NCBI RefSeq assembly: GCF_009914755.1
Contig: NC_060928.1
Length of the DNA stretch: 64,000 nucleotides
Strand: one strand, 5' to 3'
Origin: the human T2T-CHM13v2.0 reference genome, Homo sapiens
Shown: in pieces, positions 40,095-55,499 of the stretch
How the letters are laid out: each line of letters begins with the position of its first letter
Position numbering within the stretch: position 1 is the stretch's first letter
Translations under genes and position numbers: made by a program
Notes under the pieces: generated by a model
Told to the model about the DNA's origin: nothing
Database searches by the model: none
Seen by the model: only the letters and a program-made list of their open reading frames with translations

Positions 40095-40391
40095 TAAGGA
40101 AATCCTCAGAAAAAGGTCTACTTTGTTTAGATGTTATAAAAACAATTGCAAATAGGGGTCCTGTATTTCGTTTTTGACTAATAATGCTCTATATTTTTAA
40201 AATATCTGTATAAGCAAAAGGAAACTGAAGTTTTCAGAATTTTAATTTGTCCTTGGGTGCACAAAAGCAGAAATATCTGACCACTCATCAGAGAATCCCT
40301 GTTCTGCATGGGATTTTAGGAGATTAGTTTGCTTCTTTCTAGGGAATAGAAGTAGCCTCCAGAGAAAGCATGCACCAATAAATTTTTTAAC

Positions 40392-40453
40392 CTGACATTA
40401 AGGGAGATACAAAGTTGCTTTGAAAGAAGAGACTTTGATCTTAGGCCAGAAAG
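40392..40453 (-). other. Candidate 62-nt exon (LSGLRSKSLLSKQLCISLNV)
   Basis: Strong acceptor tgctttgttctcttctctcag|, weak donor CAG|gttaaa; phase-2 end fits 39481-39534. Confidence 0.25.
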
Positions 40454-41119
40454 CTGAGAGAAGAGAACAAAGCAATCAGAATCCAGCATAGTCTCAATCT
40501 TCATTTAAACCTTTTTAGGAACACTTCTTTGGAGTGAAAATTTTCTCATAAAAAAGACCAACCAACCAACCTTAAGTATTTAGCTTTTAGGCTAATAGTC
40601 TTCATCTCTGAGCCACAAAAAGCAACAAATAATGATATTCATTCTACAAGGGCTCTGTTTTCCAAGATCTGAATTTATGTCAGCATTACATAGATCAATA
40701 CTCCTTTGTCAGCTAAGAAGGAAAATAATTCATTTTTCATAATGTAGTTTTGATAGTTCAGAGACTCTATCTACTTTGATCTTCAGGACAAAACTAGTAT
40801 GAATATGGGCAAATATTATGACTTCTACTTTACGGAAGTAAAAGTTTAATCTCTAAGAACTAGAAAATACATAAATAGCTTCCTGTTTTGTAAGATCCAT
40901 TGCACAAACTGGTTTAATTAAAGGCTCAGGTTAAGAAATAAGGAACTGAACAAATGTGACTCTAAGCTATGCTCTTAATCTACCATTTAAAAAATTTCTT
41001 GTCCAAGGTAACATGAATTTACTACTAGAACTGGTAATTACACGCATAAACTAGTGTTCTCATTATACAAATTACCTCCCACATACACCCATTATTAAAT
41101 AGCACTACGAATAAGGCTA

Positions 41120-41480
41120 CGATTGGCCAGTCACCAAATCCTTTCCCCTTTGCTCCTTTACACACATGTAAACAATGCTTCCCAGCCTTCTGTGCAATTA
41201 GGTGACTGAGATCTGGCTGACAGAGTGCAGGTAGATGTTACATACATTTATTCTGGGTCTGGCCTACAAAACCCCTCTATACTATCCTCCATGTTCTCCT
41301 TCCCTCTCCATTAGCTGAATGAGGAAGACAAGAAGTGCCGATTCACAAGAGGAAAGGATCCTAGATCCCTGTGTGACTATATAGAAAGCCTTCTAGCTAC
41401 CAGCAATAGCCAGATTGGAATTTATATGAAAAGAAATAAACTTATATTCCAATAAACTAACTACCAAGATTTAGGAATTT
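41120..41480 (+). mobile_element. MLT1J-like LTR
   Basis: ttcccagccttctgtgcaattaggtgactgag...cacaagaggaaaggatcctagatccctg...gaaataaactt. Confidence 0.75.
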
Positions 41481-42215
41481 CCAAAGTGGTGTACCATTTT
41501 CTACTCCCACTAGCAAAGTATAAGAATTCCATTTGTTCTACATTCTCACCAACATTTAGACTTCTTAATCTTAGATATTCCATCCATATGTAGTTGTAAC
41601 TGTGGCTTTAATTTGCTTTTTCTTGTGACTTTTAGTTTTAAGCATTTTCATCATGCTTATCACCCATTTGTTACATCTTTATTTGAGAACTATTCAAATC
41701 TTTTTTTAACTAGGAAGTTTATTTTCTATTATTGTGGGATAGGAGTCACTATTATATTCTGGATACAATCTTTTGTCAAATATATATTTTTGTCAGAAAT
41801 ATTTTCTCCTAATCTGTGGCTTGCCATTTAATTTTCTTAATGGTTTCTTTCAAAAATCAGAAGTTTTTTATATATAGAAACTCTAATTTATCAGTTTTCC
41901 ACTTACGGTTTGTGCTTTTTAAGTCATATGTTAGAAATTATTTGCTGTACAGCATTAGAAAAATAGTCTATTTTGTTTTCTTTTTTAAAGTTTTATATTT
42001 TAGCTCTTGCAATTTGGAAAATAATTTATCTAGTGAGAATAAAAGCTGGTGTTCATTTTGTTGCATAGGTTTATCCAGTTGTTCTAAAAATATTTATTGC
42101 TAAGAATTTCCTCAGTAAATGCCTTGATGCCTATGCAAAAATCAACTGACCACTATATACAGGTCTCTTGTGGACATTGTATTTTGGACTACTGACTGAT
42201 TTGTCTATACTTACG

Positions 42216-42585
42216 TGGTATGGTTTGGCTCTGTGTCCCCTCCCAAATCTCATCTTGTAGCTCCCATAATTCCCACGTGTTTTGGGAGGGACCCGGTGAA
42301 AGAAGATTGAATCACGGGGGTGGGTCTTTCCTGTGATATTCTCATGATAGTGAATAAGTCTCATGAGATCTGATGGTTTTAAAAACGGGAGTTTCTCTGC
42401 ACAAGCTCTCTCTTTGCCTGCTGCCATCCAGGCAGCAAGGATGTGACTAGCTCCTCCTTGCTTTCTAACATGATTGTGAAGCCTCCCCAGCCATATGGAA
42501 CTGTAAGTCCAATAAACCTCTTTCTTTTGTAAATTGCCCAGTCTCAGGTATGTGTTTATGAGCAGTGTAAAAATGGACTAATACA
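42216..42585 (+). mobile_element. THE1A-like solo LTR
   Basis: tctcatcttgtagctccc, aaaaacgggagtttc, ggactaataca end; TSD ttacg/ttatg. Confidence 0.92.
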
Positions 42586-44642
42586 TTATGCTAGTACCAC
42601 AATGTCTGGATTACAGAAGCATTATAGTAAAATTTGAAAGTAGAGAATACAAATTCCCTAACTTTGTTCTTCTTCAAAACGTTTGTCTATTCTTGATCCT
42701 GTGGATTTCTATATAAATTTAGTATTAGCTTGTCAATTTCTACCCTAGCCCCCCAAAATCTGTCAGTATTTTGATTGAAATTACATTAAATTTATATATC
42801 AATTTTTGGAGAACTAATAAAATTGAGTTTCTTAGTCCATGGATTAAACATGAAATAAAAATCTTAAATTCTCTAAGCAACATTTTATAGTTTTCACTGT
42901 AGAAATCTTGCACATGTTTATTAATTTCCCAGAGTATTTTACGTTTGGGGGATGTTATTATAAACAATTAATCTAAAATTTATTTGCAGATTGTTTCTGC
43001 ATGAATACAGAAATACATTTGTATAAAATTGGCCTTGCATCCTATGGTCTTTATATACGCACATATTACTTTTAGTTGCCTTTTTGATTTGTCAAGATTT
43101 TCTGCAAACACATATATTCTGTGAATAAAGACAGTTTTACTTATTCCTTTGGAATTGTGATGGCTTTTACTTCTTTTTCTCATCTTTTTGCATTGATTAG
43201 GATTTCAGTACAATGTTGAATAGAAAGCAGACACAACCTGTTTCTGATCTTAGCTGGAAAATATTCAAAATTTCACCATTAAAAATGTTTGCTGTAGAGT
43301 TTTTATATAATAGATGTGCACATAAGATTAAATTCTTTTCATTCCTAGACTTCTGAGAGCTTTTATTATGAATGAATGTTGAATTTTTCAGTTGCTTTTT
43401 CTACCTTCATTGAGGTGATCATAGAACTTCCTCCTTTCTTCTGCTAATGTTATACAATACATGATTAATTTTTAAATGTTGAACCAATCTTGAATTCCTG
43501 GGAAAAACTCCAAATGCTCATAATATAGTATCCTCTTTATATATAATTAAATTGATTTCCAATATTTTGTTAAGAGCTTTTTATCTCTTTTGATGAGGGA
43601 TAATGGAATGTACTTTCTTTGAATATCTTTGATTACAGAATCATGATGTCTTTGTAAAATCAGGTGTGTAGTGCTCATTCCGCTTATACTTTATTAAAGT
43701 TTATATAAGATTGTAATTTTTTCTTCCTTAAATGTTTCCTATAATTTACCAGTGAAGCCCTGTTGACCTGGAGTTTTCTCTATGAGAATGTTTTGAATTC
43801 CAAATGTAATTTGTTTACCAGTTACAGGACTGCTCATATATTTTGTTTTTTACTTATGTCAATTTTGTTAAGTTGTGATTTTTTAAGAGAATTCTTCATT
43901 TCATCTAAAATTATAGAATTTATTGGCCTAAAGTTGGTCACTGTTCATAATACTCCCTATATTCCTCTTAATATCTTTAGCATATTTGTCTTCTCTGTCA
44001 AACCCAGTATTGGTATTGTGTACTTTTCTTTCTTAATCTGCCTTGCTGAGGTGCATCCTTCTGATTGATCTTTTGAAAAACACAACTTCCAGTCTTTTAT
44101 TTTTTTTCACTTTTTCTATTTGATTACAGTATTTATTATTTCTTTCTTCAGCTTACTTTGGTTTTAATTTACTCTCCCTTTTCAAGCCTTTTAACGTGAA
44201 AACTTAGTTAACTAATATGAAGTGTGCTATCTTTTGTATTTTAAGCATTTAAAAATGTTCATTTGTTCCCAAACACTTTTCTAGCTTCTCCCCACAAATT
44301 TTAATATCTATGTGTTAATTTTTGTTTAGATTGAAGCATTTTCTAATTTTCTCTGGGATTTCTTCTTTGACCCACAAATTATTTAGTCATGTACTACTTA
44401 ATTTCCAAATATTTGATAATTTTTAAGATGTCTTTTAATTTTTCCTAGTTTAAATCTACTGGACAGTAGCTACAGAAAACTGCTCTGCAAAATGTCTATT
44501 TTTAAAAAATTACTGAAACCTTCTTTTATGGCCCAGCATGTGCTCTATTTTGGTGAGTGCTCTATATGTACCTGAGAAAAATGTGTGTTCTGGAGATGTT
44601 GGGAATAGTATTCTACATATATAAACTAGATCAATTTGATAG

Positions 44643-44954
<312 letters not shown>

Positions 44955-45334
44955 TAGATGGTGTTTAGGCTTTTTTGTCTAGTGATCCTACCAATTTCTG
45001 AGAGTCAATGTTAAAAATACTATGGGCATTTGTGTATTCTTTCTTTGGTTGTGCCAATTTTTAAGCTTTGTTATTAGAGTACATTCAAATGTAGAATAGT
45101 TATGACATCTGATATATTGACCTTCTTATCTTCCTTCTCAGGTAATAATCCTTATCTCAAAGTTCACTTTGTCTGATAGTAAAATAGCTAAATCAACTTT
45201 CTAATGATTATGTTTGCATGTTATGTATTTTCCCATCATTTTACTTCAAGGTATATAGATCTCTTTGTATTATAGACAGCATTTTTTTGGAGGGGGGAAA
45301 GGAGGGTCTTGGTTTTATGGTTTTATTATAATTA

Positions 45335-45665
45335 TTTTCTTTCCTTTTTTTTTGTTCAGACAGGGTCTTGCTCTGCTACTCAGGCTGGCATGCAGGAGCA
45401 CAAACAGCAAACATGGCTCACTGCAGTCTCAACCTCCCAGGCTCAATTGATGCTCCCACCTCAGCCTCCTGAGTAGCTTGGACCACAAATGCGTGCCACT
45501 ACCCTAAGCTAATTTTTATATATATATTTTGTAGAGACAGGGTCTTGATGTGTTGCTGGGGCTGGTCTCAAACTCCTGGTCTCAAGTGATCCTCCAGCAT
45601 TGGCCTCCCAATGTGCTGGGATTACAGGCCTGAACCACCTGTAATAACCACCTGTATGCCTGGTC
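45335..45665 (-). mobile_element. AluJ
   Basis: gacagggtcttgctctg, catggctcactgcag AluJ-type features. Confidence 0.92.
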
Positions 45666-45669
45666 TATT

Positions 45670-47111
<1,442 letters not shown>

Positions 47112-47192
47112 ACAGACCAGCATATATTCTATTTCTTTTGTTGCTTTTAAATTATTTTTATACCTTTTTATACAATTTTAAAAATAGTAACT

Positions 47193-49502
47193 TGACATGG
47201 TTTGGCTGTGTCCCCACCCAAATCTCATCTTGAATTGTAGTTCCCATAATCCCCATGTGTCTTGGGAGGGACCTGGTGGGAGGTAACTGAATCATGGGAG
47301 CAGTTAATCCCATGCTGTTCATGTGAGTTCTCATGACATCTGATGGTTTTATAAAGGGCTTTTCACCCTTTGCTTGGCACTTCTCCTTGCTGCCACCATG
47401 AGTAGAAGGATGTGTTTGCTTCCACTTCTGCCATGATTGTCAGTTTCCTGAGGCCTCTCCAGACATGTTGAATTGTGAGTCAACTAAACCTCTTTCCTTT
47501 ATAAACTACCCATTCTTGGGTATGTCTTAATGAGCAGTGTGAGATTGGTACCACAGAGAGAGGGGCACTGCTCTAAAGACACCCAAAAATGTGGAAGCGA
47601 CTTTGGAACTGGGTAACAGGCAGAGGTTGAAACCTTTTGCAGGGCTCAGAAGAAGATAGAAAAATGTGGGAAAGTTTGGAACTTCCTAGAGACTTGGAGG
47701 GTTCAGAAGACAGGAAGATGTGAGAAAATTTGGAACTTCCTAGAGACTTGTTGAATGGCTTTGACCAAAATGCGAATAGTGATATGGACAAAGAAGTTCA
47801 GGCTGAGGTGGTCTCAGATGGACAGAAGGAACTTGTTAAGAACTGGAGTAAAGGTCACTCTTGCTATGCAAAGAGACTGGTGGCATTTTGCCCCTGCCCT
47901 AGAGATCTGTGGAACTTTGAACTTGAGAGAGATAATTTAGGGTATCTAAGGAAGAAATTTCTAAGAGGCAAAGCATAGAAAAGGAGGAAGGGCATAAAAG
48001 TTTGGAAAATTTGCAGCCTCAGGATGCAATAGAAAAGAAAACCACATTTTCTGGGGAGAAATCCAAGCTTGCTGCAGAAATTTGCATAAGTAATGAGAAG
48101 CCAAATGTTAATCACCAAGACAATGAGGAAAATGTCTCAAGGGCATGTCAGAGACCTTCACAGCAGCCTGTCCCATCACAGCCCTGGAGACCTAGGAGGG
48201 AAAAATGGTTTCTTGGGCTAGTCCCAGGGCACCCCTGCTCTATGCAGCCTTGGCACATGGTGCCCTATATCCCAGCTGCTTCAGCTTCAGCTGTGGCTAA
48301 AAGATGCCAATGTACAGCTCAGGGCATTGCTTCAGAGGATGCAAGCCCCAAGACTTGGTGGCTTACATAGGGTGTTGGACCTGTGGGTGCACAGAAGTCA
48401 AGAATTGAGATTTGGGAACCTCTACCTAGATTTCAGAGGGTGTATGGAAATGCCTGAATGTCCAGGTAGAAGTCTGCTGCAGGGGTGGAACCCTCATGGA
48501 GAACCTCTGCTAGGGCATGGAGAACCCCTGTGGAAGGGAAATGTGGGGTTGGAGCCCACACATACAGTCCCCACTGCAGCACTGCTTGGTGGAGCTGTGA
48601 GAAATGGGCCATTATCCTCCAGACCCCAGAATGGTAGATCCATCACCACCTTGCACTATGCACCTAGAAAAGCCACAGACACTCAATACTAGCCTGTGAA
48701 AGCAGCCAGTAGGGGAGCTGTACCTACAGGGGCAGAGCTGCCCAAGGCTGTGGGAGCCCATCTCTTGCATCAGTGTGACCTTGATGTGAGACACAGAATC
48801 AAAGGAGATCATTTTGGAACTTTAAAGTTTAATGACTACCCTATTGGATTTCAGACTTGCATGAAGCCTGTAGCCCCTTTGATTTAGCCAATCTCCCCTT
48901 TGAAAGGTCTGTATTTACTCAATGCTTGTAACTCCATTTTATAGGAAGTAACTAAGTTGCTTTGATTTTACAGGCTCAGGTGGAAGGGACTTACTTTGTC
49001 TCAGATGAGACTTTGGACTTGTACCTTTGGGTTAATGCTTGAATGAGCTAAGACTTTGGGGGACTGTTGGTAAGTCATGATTGTGTTTTGAAATGTAAGG
49101 AAATGAGAACTGGGAGGGACCAGGGGGTTGGAATGATATGGTTTGGCTGTGTTCCCACACAAATCTTATCCTGAATTATAGTTCCCACAATCCCCATGTG
49201 TCATGGGAGGGAACTGGTGAGAGATAATCGAATCATAGGGGTGGTTACTTCCATGCTGTTCTTGGGACAGTGAGTTTTCACAAGGTCTGATGGTTTTATA
49301 TGGAGCTTTTCTGCCTTTGCTCAGAACTTCTTCTTACTGCTGCCATTTGAAGAAGAACATGTTTGCTTCCCCTTCCACCATGATTGTAAGTTTCCTGAGG
49401 CCTCCCCAGTCATGCTGAACTGTGAGTCAATTAAACTTCTTTCATTTATAAATTGCCCAGTCTCTCATATCTTTATTAGCAGCATGAAAACAGACTAATA
49501 CA
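47193..49502 (+). mobile_element. Full-length THE1D-like MaLR: LTR 47193-47544, internal, LTR 49134-49502
   Basis: Two homologous THE1 LTRs and a THE1-int body; TSD taact/tgact; 5' LTR lacks its terminal gactaataca. Confidence 0.93.
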
Positions 49503-51399
49503 TGACTCTGAAGATTGCAATTTGCACCCTTAATTTAGAATTGTCTACTTCTAATTGTTATTAATGTGCTGTTCTTGCCATATGTTATAAACACTATAGA
49601 TAATATTATTTTTATTCTAAACAGTTTTCAGTTGAAAAATAATAAAACCATAAAATACAGGCTTTTAAATTTACCAAGAGAGATTTATGATTTCTTGTGT
49701 TCTTCATTCTTTCCCATCAATACAACTATTATTCTCTTCAGCTAGCAGAACCTACTTTAGCTTTCCTTGTGTGCAATTCTGCAGACAAAGAATTCCCTCA
49801 AATTGGAAAATGTTTCTATTTTACTCTCAGTTTTCTTGCATACATTCATTAAATATAGAACTCTGATTGATAGCTTTTGTTTTCTTTCCAAAACTTTAAA
49901 GATATGGTTCTATTGTTTCCTGGCTGTTATTATCTTTGGACAATAATTGTCCTCTAGGTAATATGCATTTTTCCCTAGCTGCTCTCAATATTTTTTCTTC
50001 ATCTTTTAAAAATTTTATTGTTAGTCCCACAAAAATCTCATTCTATCTTTGCATAGGACACCTCCGTCCCAAATTCAGTCTTTGCTCTACCTCCTCAATT
50101 AGATCTCCACTCTCTGCTTAATATCTCTTCTTTTGCTCCAAGTCAGAGAACTTAAAACAATGTGAGATGAGCCTCATTTTTTCCCCATTTAACAGCATAA
50201 ATTCGTGCAATGTCTGTTGCCCAACAACTGTAGGCAGTCACTATATTTTGTCCAGTTTTGTAGTTTTGTACAGTGGAAGGATAGCTTGGAAAGCAGTTGT
50301 TTTTTTAAGGATCGAAGAAATCTTCTACAGGCATCTTAATGACTAATATTCTACAAAGTTCCAATGTAGTACTTTCATTAAACTTTTCTGTATTAATTAA
50401 TACATATGTTAGTTAAGCATCTTTATCTATTATACGTGAAACTATAAAATTAGTTCTTAAAAACTTTAGTAACATTTCCTTGGGATTGATTCCCAGAAAA
50501 ATTAATAAATAGGACAATATTTCTGATTCATAAAAATACCAAAAAACGACTCTTCTCAAATCTAATCGGTTTTGAGAAAAAATAATTCTCTCTAGATATA
50601 CACATATGAAACGCACACACACGCACACATATACATGCACACACAAACACATATATATCTTTAGATAAATATATATCCAAACTATTTCCACAACAGTTAT
50701 ATCAATGTTATGGTAAACATTATGACAATGTGTTAATCATATAAATAGTAAAATAGTGAGTTGATAAATGGCAAATATATATATATATATTCTTCTGGTT
50801 TCTCTGTCCTCTGGTAGCCACCTTCTGCCTGTGGTTACCTTGGATTCTTATCCTCCAGCTGACTCCCAAATCCTTAAGCATCCTTAAGAAAAAGGTGCCA
50901 GCACTCTGCATTGTCATTTCACCATTACCGATTTTACCACCAGGATTTTCAGACTTTTAATCATGATAAAGGTGAGAATAATTTTACTGTGACTTTCAGA
51001 GGCTTTTGCTTTAGCACTTTAGTTTCATTCAAAACCTCAGAATGTATTGAATTATAAACCAGCTATGTGTTCTCTGATTTTGTTACTTCTTTGCTGAGTG
51101 GGCACCAAAACATTGCTGATCTCTTTCTCCCAGGAGTGATGCTTTGCTTAGGTGAATACCGAATCCTCATGCTTCAGCCCATATAGGCAAATGCCCCAGG
51201 GAAACAAAAGCTGCTGATCCTCAGCAACTTCTGAAATGTTTTCGCCTGTCTGAACTTTTAGTGCATCTAGTACTGCTTGATTCCTCAGTTTTCTGTTATC
51301 TTTAACAATATGATTTTTGTAATTTATTCAGTTTTTGTAGTTTAATCAGCAGTTTTCTTGGCCTCACATTACTTACTACAGTCTACTTTGAAGCAGAAG

Positions 51400-51960
51400 T
51401 TTAGTTTTGCCTGTTTTTAATTTTTTATAAGTAGAATTACAAAGTATGTATTTTTTTTCTTCCTGGTTAATTTTGCTCAATATTGTTCTTTTTATATATT
51501 CATCTATCTTTTGCATGTTCATATTCATTACTGTAATTAGTCCATTGTATGATTACACCAAAATTTATTTATGTATTCTACTGTTAGTATCTGAGAAACT
51601 TTCACATTGTGGCTATGAGGAATAGTGCTGCTTTGAACATTATCATAAATGTATTTCGTGAATATGTAAATACATGTTTATTAAATGTATACAGTAGTAA
51701 AATTTCTGGATTATGGGGCACGCACATATTTTTATCTTTAGTAGCTACAGTCAAACAAGATTCCAAAATGGTAGTTTTTATTTACATTTCTACCATTAGC
51801 ATATGAGACTTTCCATTTGTATGTATTCCATTGGCTGTATTTTCTCTCAGACCTCTTTCCTTTCTTTGTGAGAGTATTGTTTCCTATTGCTTTAGATAAA
51901 TTATTTATGTAATAAAGGTATTAATTCTGCCATACTTGCAGCAAATGTATTCCTATATAT
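51400..51960 (-). mobile_element. L1ME-like 3' fragment
   Basis: gtccattgtatgattacacc, gaatagtgctgctttgaacatt, ctggattatgggg. Confidence 0.75.
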
Positions 51961-53355
51961 TTGGTTATTTGTGTTTTAACTCCAGCTATAGGAAACATAA
52001 TGTGAAATGACTTTGGATTACTCATGCTTTCAATTATTCACATCTCTGCTTCAGTTCATTAGAGTAAATAATCGTCTTAACTTCATCACAACAGTGAATG
52101 GTTTATCAAAAGATATACTTTAAGACTGGGATTTATGAAGCAAAGTAGGACTAATGTAGATTCACTCACACTCTTTGAGGAGACAGAATTATAAACTGGC
52201 AAATAGCTAAAAAAAAAGGGGGGGGAAGAAAAAAAGGATATCTGTATAAATGCTGTTTCATGCTGTATAATCAGAATAAGATGAATCTATCATTAGTAGG
52301 ATGATGAGGCTTTTTGTTTGTTTTAGGGGATTCGTTAGAGTTGTGATTTTCTGCATCACATTGGCTCTCATAAAAAGCCACATCTGAATGTTTGTGGCCA
52401 CCCTGTTTCTCTAGCATGCCCACATAAAATAGGCCTTTTTACCTGACACTTTATTAGCCACGTCACATCCCATTACTCTGGTTGTAACTAATGTGAGGTG
52501 AGAAATGATGCTGAGCCCCAGCTCTCCTAGCCTCACGAAAATTATTAGAATAACAAAGCCAAGCCAACCAGCAATGCAATATGATAAATTATAGTTATCT
52601 TGACATTCATTAAAACCAATTTTTAGTCTAATATGTTCCCATAACCAAATCATTTTCCCAAAAAAGTATAATACAGAATCAAAGCTACATCTGTTAATAA
52701 TGAAAACCTCAAATTTATACAGAGGCAATTATGATCTCCAATACTTCCAAGTAGGTTCATAAATCCAAAAGATGTTTCATAGTGTTTAATCTTTTCCTCA
52801 CCTAAAATTTAAGCAAATGCTTTATTGGGGAAACACAGGCTAAAAGCATCAAAGTTATAAATAATTAAATCAATAAACAGCAGTACACTTAAACATAAGT
52901 AAAACTATGTCTAAATTATTGGTTTGATTTTAATTTCATTGACTTTTTCAAAATTATCCTAAAACAACAATATTTCCCAGTAGTAGTCCTAATTTTCTCC
53001 TACCAGTATATTGTCACTAGCTTCAGTCATTGCATAGAAAGCCTGTAGCATTCTTGGCATACTGCCACCTGCAAAATGCCATGGCTTAACCTCCATTAAG
53101 GAGTCCACCCTCTACACATCTGAAACAAGTAGAGAACATGAAAAAAATCATTTCAAAAAAAGCTGAAGTAGATGACTACCTGGAATTGTGTGGTCTGTGC
53201 CTCATTTGGCCCAGAAAATGAGAAAGGTATTTGTGAATGAAAAGAAAAAACTGCAGTCAAAGCATATGTTATGCATATATAATTTGTTTTTATGAGCCTT
53301 TAAAGGAACTTGAAATTATAGCACAACTACCTTATTTCAATCTTGCAATGTATTT

Positions 53356-53495
53356 TGTGTGTGTGTGTGTATATATATATACACACACACATATATGTAT
53401 ACATACATATGTGTATACATATATATGTATGTATACATACATATGTATGTGTGTGCGTGTGTGTATATATATATATACACATATACTTACATATA
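53356..53495. repeat. Compound (TG)n/(TA)n/(CA)n/(TATG)n microsatellite
   Basis: Near-continuous purine-pyrimidine alternation, seen directly. Confidence 0.95.
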
Positions 53496-53766
53496 AACTT
53501 TTCTTGGGAGAGTTCATCAGGGGAATAAGTCAGTGTCAAAAATGCGAACCCAAGCAACACATGATCACAACTCAGATCTACCAACCCCTACCCATAATTC
53601 CTCTAACAGGTAAAAGTCATTTACCACAAAGCACTGTGATGGAAATAAACTGAGATAATTAGAGCTACCTTAAAAGTTGAAGATGACTGTGATTTTGTGA
53701 GACAGTCAACTGTCATTACAAAGAATCTTCCTATTAAAAAGTATTATTAAAAAAGGAGCTAATTTA

Positions 53767-54069
53767 GGCCAGGTGTGGTGGCTCACACCTGTAATCCCAG
53801 CATTTTGGGAGGTGGAGGTGGGAGGATTGCTTGAGTCCAGGAGTTCGAGACCAGCCTAAGCAACATGGCAAAACCCCATCTCTGAAAAAAACACACAAAA
53901 ATTAGCCGGGTATGGTGGCATCTGCCTGTAGTAGCACCTACTCGAGAGGTTGAGATTGGAAGATTGCTTGAGCCCAGGATGGGGAGGTTGCAGTGAGCTG
54001 AGACTGCACCACTGCTCCAACCTGGGTGACAGACGGAGATCCTGTCTCAAAAGAAAATAAATAATAAAA
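53767..54069 (+). mobile_element. AluJ
   Basis: ggaggattgcttgagtccagg AluJ-type arms; TSD aaaagga(gc/at)taattt at 53751-53765 and 54121-54135. Confidence 0.93.
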
Positions 54070-54258
54070 TGTGTCTTATACTGGCAATTAAAAATAAATA
54101 ATTAATTGATTAAAAAATTAAAAAGGAATTAATTTGAAATACTATGATTTAGCTTAGAAGATACTCTTTACAATGTATTCTTTGAATACTGGAAGACACA
54201 ATTATGAGTTAGTATTGTCAAATATAGATGCAATCTGTGTGACTCTGTAAATATTTAC

Positions 54259-54414
54259 TTTCAGAGTTTAAGAGTGGAATGCAATTTTCCAAAATGTGGA
54301 AAGCATTCCAAAAAGTTATTTGGAAAGACTTTTCCCTGTAGGGACTGGTTATCAGGACCTTTGTAGTTAGGTAAAGCAGAAAACACTCCTTCATTCCTGT
54401 GATCTGCCTTGGAT
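54259..54414 (-). other. Candidate 156-nt exon ((D)PRQITGMKECFLLYLTTK...IPLLNSE)
   Basis: Strong acceptor tattttttctttatctttgcag|, weak donor AAA|gtaaat, symmetric phase 1, open frame. Confidence 0.3.
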
Positions 54415-55499
54415 CTGCAAAGATAAAGAAAAAATACTCCATAAAAACATTTTTTCTATCTAGGGAGCTGAAACTGAGTTTTAATGCCACTGGGGAACTG
54501 CTCTTGTTGTTCATTTGACTTATCAAGAAGCAAATAATACAGCACTCAGAGAAAAAAAATATGTAATTAAGGCCTCAATCATGTAAAATGATAATAACCA
54601 AATATCTGAAAACAAGGAGTTATTGTTAGCATATCCCATTTGATTAGAAGGGATTTTAACAAGAAACTCACGAAGTCACAAAATAATTCAAAACACAATT
54701 TAGAATAGGTTAAAATTGTGTTTGTATATATAAACTACAGTATGCCTTATTGGACAGACTCATTGAGGCGATTAAGATTTTAATGTGTTACTCAAATTAT
54801 GAGATAATTTTGCATTTTCTTGTGATTACATTTACAAACTATTTTTTTGTCTAAGACATACTGAACAGAAATAAGAATTGTTTTATCAAGAAACTGAATA
54901 TGTGACTGTTCAGACATAACATGAAACTAGAGTAATTCTGAGGATGTTGTCATCCATCAACCCACAGGAGTCATTATTGCTGAAAGATACCAATTACTAA
55001 TTCAATAATCCTCCAAGTATCCTTCCCTTTAACCAGTAGAAAATATCAGACCTCCCAGATTGTTAAGAAATTATTTAAAACCTCTTACATCTACAAAGAG
55101 TAATCTATAAACTCCCTACCTTTACTTCTTTGTTCCTAACCCACCTTGCAATCTGATCAAAACCCTATCACTATCACTCCGTAATACAACCGTCGCTGAA
55201 AACACTAATGACAGCCTGAGGCCAAATCCCCTGCCTGGTCCCAGCCTTAGAAATGTAAGAGAAATAGAGAGGATTCTAAAAGTACACCAAAATAAATCCA
55301 GGAGCTCCCTTTTCCTCCACAACAAGCTCTAAACATTTGGCCAATTCTGAGTCAAACTAATGGCTAGGACTATCACAAGCTAGGGAGGCTAATGAACTTT
55401 TCTCTCTAGAGGGAAGAGCTTGGCAAAATTCTGAGGAACTTCACTTAAGCCCAATAAACTGCTTTTGAGGATAAACTTGGCACTTAAATCCTATATATT

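Noticed and set aside
47630-47755. About 50-bp tandem duplication in the THE1 internal region
   Set aside because: As I recall it is a normal feature of THE1D-int copies, so not locus-specific.
53060-53080. CTCF-like tgccacctg
   Set aside because: Only half of the core motif matches.
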